From positions 2,257 through 66,256 of the forward strand of contig CAZAXD010000007.1 in the NCBI GenBank assembly GCA_964489015.1: 64,000 nucleotides of DNA, in the 5' to 3' direction. The translations under genes and the position numbers were made by a program. Every line of letters begins with the position of its first letter. Position 1 is the stretch's first letter. The DNA comes from an uncultured Sphingobacterium sp. (GTDB lineage Bacteria; Bacteroidota; Bacteroidia; SpSt-205). Positions 59,001-64,000 of this stretch are shown here, in pieces. The notes beneath the pieces were generated by a model. The model saw only the letters and a program-made list of their open reading frames with translations, was not told the origin of the DNA and searched no databases.

Positions 59001-59352
59001 CCTACGGCTCCAAGAATGGCTGCGCCAAAACCCTGGCGACCAGGGACAGCTTCAGGACCTGATTCAGCAGATGCAAGAGGCAGAAAAAACTCTTTTGAGT
59101 GGCGCTATCACCCGGGAGCGTATGCTTCGCCAGCAGCAGATCCTAACGAGACTCCTGGACTATGAGAAATCTCAACGCGAACGGGAGCTTAGCCCTGAGC
59201 GGGAGTCTCGCACGGCTCAGCAGTTTTTCCAGCGAACCGTTGGAACCTATCCTCGTCCCACTCGCGTTCAGGCCCCAGTGCCCTATCACCAGCCGCTGTG
59301 GTTTTATCAGCCCTACTACCAGAACCTCATTCAAATCTACCATAACCCATGA
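56080..59352 (+). CDS. DUF4175-like large membrane-anchored coiled-coil protein
   Basis: N-terminal TMs, DKLLNALQL, YPAYTG, DDFGFSK, YYVEVWDND, long coiled coils, RQQQILTRLL. Confidence 0.8.
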   Translation: MASDLLRSHLVRFRATYYKLRAIIGLLLVLLWGLGTFLVASLTEGLFWWKVPVRLILWSAWLGGTAYLFVSRVLWPLLQYGFRLKGYLSDEEAARWIGRHLPEIQDKLLNALQLERASDTAQAAIALALEERQKVVLRYPWEVSLPRAPIRRFGLLLGLVIGMGTLLWLSIPQVLGGGAHRFLRPTQAFTPPLPYKLTVQGLRPIYRRGEPLSLQLHLEGSKLPGEIYARQDGDFPLPLRRHSSSQYELTLPAVERPFTLQVSDGENLLGSYAIRVERPPVIRKILTVVSYPAYTGLAPDTVLEGRLRVLKGAKLSLWLDIESSMPHQLLAPTLSLRLEGGQWHASLSALTSQVHPIILQSQASRDTFHLSIEILEDDYPSVQLFSEWFEAQSYEQRLRIRLMDDFGFSKAVLWYRILEGTTPGRTQEHYKAYPLAISTQAQQELGPTIHWQKLGVLPGDKVEYYVEVWDNDAVSGPKASRSILYTLHSANEPEKQAIFAALQDSLSREMHALREELDRLLSQKELQTSPQRASALSERFRALRSEMRSLQRLAQEEALFTPELLEKMEALQKILDAIDPQKVEQLLAQPPPRQDSTEIAKRLEELQKAYEAWKEKLERWESLLPAYQEARKLEELMTRLDALSETQRQLSQQPDSLNTPPSEKATQQRLSEETQKVLSELDSILKSKRLSESILQDSLQKAQKELQDALRNMRDALQKMERGASPREDQRKASESLENALEAINQGQQAADAQSAAEDYEALRQLLKNILQLSFRQEAVQKESLEARRFLNSLSTLQRKQEEIKRDYRMVGDTLQALASRSPVIEENILDILRDLETHFQGLSYLQADPLLVRQQYILQGLNRLANLMSELLSSLEQQSPSSGGACQKPFRIRRKGSKGATTQGSKPENSGQQPTRGSGRRNSPSPVPNLRQMQQELNESLERLAQPNPGAETPGGLSPSDRARLSAQQELIRLRLQEWLRQNPGDQGQLQDLIQQMQEAEKTLLSGAITRERMLRQQQILTRLLDYEKSQRERELSPERESRTAQQFFQRTVGTYPRPTRVQAPVPYHQPLWFYQPYYQNLIQIYHNP

Positions 59353-59774
59353 GCACGACGACAGAGCTCTCTCACTATCAAATCGCCCTTAAGAGTGATG
59401 TAGACGAACTGCTTCAGTTGGACCTTCTCCTGGCAGAGCTACTACCCCGCTTTGGCGTGAAAGCGGAAAACACCGGTGGGTTTATCGTAGCGATCTCAGA
59501 GGCTGTTAGCAATGCTATCGTGCACGGTAACCGCCGAGATCCGCAAAAACTGGTGCATATACAGCTTAGGCGGGCCGAGAAACCGGCTGAGCTTCGCGTG
59601 GTCGTCGAGGACATGGGCGAAGGATTCGAACCAACCGCAGTGCCAGACCCCACCCAAGATGAATTTCTGCTTAGAGAGTCAGGACGTGGTATCTTTCTGA
59701 TGCGGTCTTTTGCAAAGGAAGTCCACTTTCTCAAGGGCGGCCGATGCGTAGAACTGGTTTTTCCGCTGGAATAA
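59349..59774 (+). CDS. RsbW-like ATP-binding protein (HATPase_c anti-sigma kinase)
   Basis: EAVSNAIVHGN, EDMGEGF, ESGRGIFLM. Confidence 0.88.
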   Translation: MSTTTELSHYQIALKSDVDELLQLDLLLAELLPRFGVKAENTGGFIVAISEAVSNAIVHGNRRDPQKLVHIQLRRAEKPAELRVVVEDMGEGFEPTAVPDPTQDEFLLRESGRGIFLMRSFAKEVHFLKGGRCVELVFPLE

Positions 59775-60229
59775 AATTCTTTTATGAGCAGTCTGAAGGG
59801 TCCTGGCGCCTTCGGCCAGCTCGTCACCACCGAGAATGGCTTTTAGAAGGTCTTCGGCGAGAAGGAATAGCCAAAGCCCCCCAGCAGATTGCTTACCATT
59901 TTGTTTCGCTCTCTACCATGCAGGCCCTGCACGCTGAATTTTTAAGCGACCCTCAGCCCACAGACATCTTGACTTTTGACTATAGTACCCCGTCGGCGTT
60001 GATAGCAGAAATTTTCGTTTGTCCGGCTTACATCCGCTCTATGGCCAAACAGATTAGACAACGCTACGGGGATGAGCTACGGCGCGTCTTAGCTCACGGC
60101 TTATTGCACTTACTTGGCTATCAAGACCATACGCCAGCAGAACGCCTCCGCATGCGATTTGCGGAGGAGCGCTGGCTCTGCCTTTGGCGCGAAATGTTTC
60201 ACATGAAACACTCGGCCCATGAAGCCTGA
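59744..60229 (+). CDS. ybeY: rRNA maturation endoribonuclease YbeY
   Basis: [31 protein letters not shown]. Confidence 0.9.
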   Translation: MRRTGFSAGIKFFYEQSEGSWRLRPARHHREWLLEGLRREGIAKAPQQIAYHFVSLSTMQALHAEFLSDPQPTDILTFDYSTPSALIAEIFVCPAYIRSMAKQIRQRYGDELRRVLAHGLLHLLGYQDHTPAERLRMRFAEERWLCLWREMFHMKHSAHEA

Positions 60230-62087
60230 TTTTGATGTAATCGTAGTAGGGGCTGGCCATGCTGGCAATGAGGCCGCTGCTGCTGCGGCCCGCATGGGGT
60301 GTCGCGTGCTTCTGATTACGCTAGACATGACCAAAATCGGGCAGATGTCTTGCAATCCTGCCATGGGCGGCATTGCCAAGGGTCAGCTCATACGGGAAAT
60401 CGATGCGCTGGGCGGCCTGTCTGGGATCGTTACCGACGAAAGCACGATCCAATTTCGCATGCTTAATCGCTCCAAGGGGCCTGCCCTTTGGAGCCCCCGG
60501 GCTCAAAACGACAGGGCTCTTTTCGCCCTACGCTGGCGCTGGCATCTAGAACAAATTCCTTCTTTGCACTTCTGGCAGGATGCCGTCATTGGCCTTCTTC
60601 TCTCCAGCGACAAAAAGCGCGTGGTCGGCGTACAGTGCCGCTCAGGCAAACGCTTCTCGAGCACGACCGTTATCCTCACAACGGGTACCTTCTTAGGAGG
60701 GGTTATTCATATCGGCCTTAGCCAGATGCAAGGCGGCCGCATCGGAGAACCGGCCGCCTACGGCGTGACGGAGCAGCTCCAACAAGCTGGCTTCGAGACC
60801 GGCCGTATGAAAACAGGCACCCCGCCTCGCCTCGACGGCCGTACCATAGATTATAGCCGGTTAGAAATCCAGCCTGGAGACGATCCGCCCGGCCGATTTT
60901 CCTTTCTAGAGACGCCTCTCCTTCAAGACCAACTGCCCTGCTGGATTACTTACACCAATCCCACCGTGCACCGCATTCTCGAGAAGGGCTTTCAAGAATC
61001 TCCCCTCTTTACGGGACGCATTCAGGGCATTGGTCCACGTTACTGCCCCTCCATTGAGGACAAGATCGTCCGATTTTCCGAAAAAGAGCGGCACCAGCTC
61101 TTTATCGAGCCCGAAGGCCGGCATACCGTCGAAGTCTACCTCAATGGCTTTTCCTCTTCCCTTCCAGAGGCCATTCAAGCAGAAGCCCTACGTCATATCC
61201 CAGGCTTAGAGCGGGCCCGCATGTTTCGTCCTGGGTATGCCATTGAATACGACTTTGTGCAGCCCTATCAGCTCTACTCCACGCTCGAGACGAAGCTCAT
61301 CGACAATCTCTACCTAGCCGGCCAAATCAATGGCACCACCGGCTATGAAGAGGCTGCGGCTCAGGGCCTCATCGCCGGCATCAATGCCGCTCGCAAAGTA
61401 CTGGACCTTCCGCCTTTCATTCTGTCTCGAGAAGAGGCTTACATTGGTGTCCTGATAGACGATCTCATCACTAAGGGCGTCGACGAACCCTACCGTATGT
61501 TTACCTCCCGAGCCGAGTATCGCCTGCTTTTGCGTCAAGACAACGCGGATCTCCGTCTAACTGAAAAAGGCTACAAAATCGGGCTAGCTTCCGAAGAGCG
61601 TTATCAACGCTTTTACCGGCGTCAAAAGCAAATCTCCACCACGCTCCATTTCCTGCAAATGTATAAGGTCTCGCCAGAAGAAATTAACCGCTTACTCGAA
61701 ACGCTCGGTAAAGCACCTATCCAGCAAAAAACGGCCTTGTTTTCCCTCCTGGCACGCCCCAATGTAACCCTCGCACACTTATGCCAGGCCATTCCTGCTT
61801 TAGCTAGGCAGTGTGCAGCCATTCCTACTGAAACTCAGCAGACCATTGAGATCGAGGTCAAGTACACTGGGTATATTCAGAAAGACCTTCTCTTAGCAGA
61901 AAAAATGCGCCGCCTAGAGAACGTGCCTTTGCCTCCCCAGTTTGATTATGCTAAACTGGAGAGCCTCTCTTATGAAGCGCGAGAAAAGCTAGCTCGTTAT
62001 CGACCTACTACTGTCGGCCAGGCTGCCCGCATTAGTGGTGTGAGTCCTGCGGATATCTCTGCCTTACTTATTTATTTGGGCCGATGA
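60219..62087 (+). CDS. mnmG: tRNA uridine-5-carboxymethylaminomethyl modification enzyme MnmG (GidA)
   Basis: [64 protein letters not shown]. Confidence 0.98.
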   Translation: MKPDFDVIVVGAGHAGNEAAAAAARMGCRVLLITLDMTKIGQMSCNPAMGGIAKGQLIREIDALGGLSGIVTDESTIQFRMLNRSKGPALWSPRAQNDRALFALRWRWHLEQIPSLHFWQDAVIGLLLSSDKKRVVGVQCRSGKRFSSTTVILTTGTFLGGVIHIGLSQMQGGRIGEPAAYGVTEQLQQAGFETGRMKTGTPPRLDGRTIDYSRLEIQPGDDPPGRFSFLETPLLQDQLPCWITYTNPTVHRILEKGFQESPLFTGRIQGIGPRYCPSIEDKIVRFSEKERHQLFIEPEGRHTVEVYLNGFSSSLPEAIQAEALRHIPGLERARMFRPGYAIEYDFVQPYQLYSTLETKLIDNLYLAGQINGTTGYEEAAAQGLIAGINAARKVLDLPPFILSREEAYIGVLIDDLITKGVDEPYRMFTSRAEYRLLLRQDNADLRLTEKGYKIGLASEERYQRFYRRQKQISTTLHFLQMYKVSPEEINRLLETLGKAPIQQKTALFSLLARPNVTLAHLCQAIPALARQCAAIPTETQQTIEIEVKYTGYIQKDLLLAEKMRRLENVPLPPQFDYAKLESLSYEAREKLARYRPTTVGQAARISGVSPADISALLIYLGR

Positions 62088-63271
62088 AGCGCCTCGGATG
62101 GCTCTCTATCTGCTTTGTGACCCTGCTAGCCCAAAATCCAGGGCGCGATCTAGCGGCCGAAAGGCGGCAGCTCGAGCGTCGGCGGTTAGCCTTAGAACAG
62201 GAACTCTCTCAGGCGCAGGTTCTCCTCGGTCAGACCCGAAAAGCCCGCCAAAAGTCCCTCACAGAACTCGCCCTGCTGCGTCGGCAAATTAGCCTACAGG
62301 AACGAGTTCTTCATAATATTCAACAAGAGCTTGTCCTCCTGGAACAGGACATCTACCAGCTAGCTACACTCAGCCAAGCGCTCTTCCGGGATCTAAAAAA
62401 GCTTTACCGAAACTACCTGTGGACCTTATATCTACTCGACAAAACTAAGAACCAGCTAAGCCCATGGTTCTGGATACTGAGTGCCGATTCTTTCCGACAG
62501 GCCTATGCGCGCCTATTGTATCTACGAGCCATTTCTCGCTTTCGAGAGGAACAGCTCCGTCTAATCCAGCGAACCCAACTCTATCTGGAAAGTCGAAGCC
62601 AAGCCCTTCAAAAAAACCGAGCAGAAAAAGTACGCTTGCTCACCCTTTATGGCAAAAGAGCCCAAGAACTTGAAAAAGCTCGAAAGGAAAAGCGAGCACT
62701 TTATGCAGAACTTAGACGAAAAGAGACTTCTTACAAAAGAAAGGCAGATTTCTCCCGAAAAGAGCTAGTCCGAATACAAAAGAAAATAGACGAGCTCATC
62801 CAGCTAGAGCTAAAGGCGCAAAGGAGACAGAACCTATCGGCTGCCGAACTGCGTATAAATGGGGCTTTCGAACAAAATAAGGGACTTTTACCCTGGCCGA
62901 TAGCTTCGGATCAGGTCGTGGTCACCAGCACCTTTGGGACTGTAGAAGACGAAAGCGGGGGACTGGTCCCTAACCAGGGTATTTATTTGGCGGCGCCGCC
63001 CGGCACTGAAGTGCGGGCCATTTTCGGGGGCAAAGTTACTGCTGTAACGACGCTACCCGTACAAGGCAAAGTCGTGATCATTCAACACGGTAACTATCGA
63101 ACCGTTTATGCAGGGCTCCAGGAAGCTTATGTCCAGGTAGGCCAGCAAGTGAGCATACTCACCCCCATCGGAAAGATGCCCGAGAGGCGAGACAGTCCGC
63201 CCCAGTTATACTTCTTGGTGTACCAGGGCAGAAATCCGCTTAATCCCCTACAGTGGATCGCCGCTCGCTAG
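62084..63271 (+). CDS. EnvC-like murein hydrolase activator (coiled coil + degenerate M23/LytM)
   Basis: Signal peptide, long coiled coil, [33 protein letters not shown]; Zn-binding His residues absent. Confidence 0.88.
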   Translation: MKRLGWLSICFVTLLAQNPGRDLAAERRQLERRRLALEQELSQAQVLLGQTRKARQKSLTELALLRRQISLQERVLHNIQQELVLLEQDIYQLATLSQALFRDLKKLYRNYLWTLYLLDKTKNQLSPWFWILSADSFRQAYARLLYLRAISRFREEQLRLIQRTQLYLESRSQALQKNRAEKVRLLTLYGKRAQELEKARKEKRALYAELRRKETSYKRKADFSRKELVRIQKKIDELIQLELKAQRRQNLSAAELRINGAFEQNKGLLPWPIASDQVVVTSTFGTVEDESGGLVPNQGIYLAAPPGTEVRAIFGGKVTAVTTLPVQGKVVIIQHGNYRTVYAGLQEAYVQVGQQVSILTPIGKMPERRDSPPQLYFLVYQGRNPLNPLQWIAAR

Positions 63272-64000
63272 GTGTACCCCTGGCGGTACTTCGGAAAGAG
63301 GCTCTACGTCGTCTAAAGGGGTGCCCGCTTACAGAAGCGCAGGCTGCGATTAGGCGGCTCCTGGATCATTTCTGGCCGGGGTGGCCACTAGCTTGGCTTC
63401 AAAGCGGGGGACAGGCCTTTTTTCCATCAGATAAACTTCCGGATTGGGAGCAGGCTATCGAGCGGCTAGCTGAAGGGCAACCCCTCGCTTACGTGACAGG
63501 AGAGGCTTTTTTTGGAGAACTTCGTCTCAGGATACAACCCGGTGTCTTTTGTCCACGCCCGGAGACCGAGGAGTGGGCGCATCACCTGAAGAACCTCTTA
63601 CGACCTAGACCGCCTACCACCCTATTAGACATCGGCACGGGGAGCGGCTGCTTGGCTGTCTTTTTGGCTCAAGCCTTTCCCAACGCAGAGGCGTACGCCC
63701 TCGACATCAATCCCCTCGCTATCCAGGTCACAAGCCAAAACGCCACCGCCCATGGCGTCCAGCTAAATTTGGTTATTTGGGATTTCTTTGGGGAAACGCG
63801 TTTACCTCCCGCTTGGGAACCTCTCGTCTGGGAGCTCATCATATCGAATCCACCTTACATACCTCTTTCAGAGAAAGACGAGGTAGACGAAAATGTATTA
63901 AACTGGGAGCCTAAAGAAGCCTTGTTTTGTACAGATATAGAGCCTTACATGCATCTAGCGACTCTAGCTACGAATAGGCTTCATCCGATTAGGGGGCTCT
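63253..64000 (+). CDS. prmC: Release factor glutamine methyltransferase (partial, runs off window end)
   Basis: Not in ORF track. Hand translation from GTG 63253 (in-frame TAA at 63241): GQPLAYVTGEAFF, PRPETEE, LDIGTGSGCLA, ISNPPYI, WEPKEAL. Confidence 0.92.
   Translation, partial: MDRRSLGVPLAVLRKEALRRLKGCPLTEAQAAIRRLLDHFWPGWPLAWLQSGGQAFFPSDKLPDWEQAIERLAEGQPLAYVTGEAFFGELRLRIQPGVFCPRPETEEWAHHLKNLLRPRPPTTLLDIGTGSGCLAVFLAQAFPNAEAYALDINPLAIQVTSQNATAHGVQLNLVIWDFFGETRLPPAWEPLVWELIISNPPYIPLSEKDEVDENVLNWEPKEALFCTDIEPYMHLATLATNRLHPIRGL

Noticed and set aside
331-62673. Many short ORFs in the six-frame track (e.g. 331-570, 3491-3838, 19345-19854, 32831-33319, 46848-47246)
   Set aside because: They are shadow frames antisense to or overlapping well-supported genes and have no recognisable motifs.
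1-64000. CRISPR array, IS element, integrase, prophage, retron or DGR
   Set aside because: I saw no spaced direct repeats, terminal inverted repeats, or transposase, recombinase, reverse transcriptase or phage motifs.

Overview
Gene-dense chromosomal window from a Bacteroidota bacterium, judged from PorV/T9SS, TAnnTTTG promoters and Gln+1 signal peptides. It is probably a thermophilic lineage (inference from protein composition). It holds about 65 CDS, one tRNA-Ser(TGA) and one small pseudogene. I found no transposase, integrase, prophage or CRISPR array. Content is mainly housekeeping: translation (valS, tsaD, trmB, mnmG, rpsU, rbfA, ybeY, prmC), a SUF operon with SufU, murA/anmK/envC, etfAB, aroB/aroA, hmgA/hppD, and several outer-membrane proteins. 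The most notable signal is regulatory. Seventeen genes carry a perfect Bacteroidota -7 promoter element (TAnnTTTG) only 3-8 nt upstream of the start codon, and the tRNA has it 4 nt upstream. This points to pervasive leaderless or near-leaderless transcripts. The FBPase ATG also sits 1 nt after the tRNA discriminator base, so tRNA 3' processing could itself create a leaderless mRNA. Several start codons were moved from the ORF-track positions on this basis. Family assignments come from motif recognition, not database searches.
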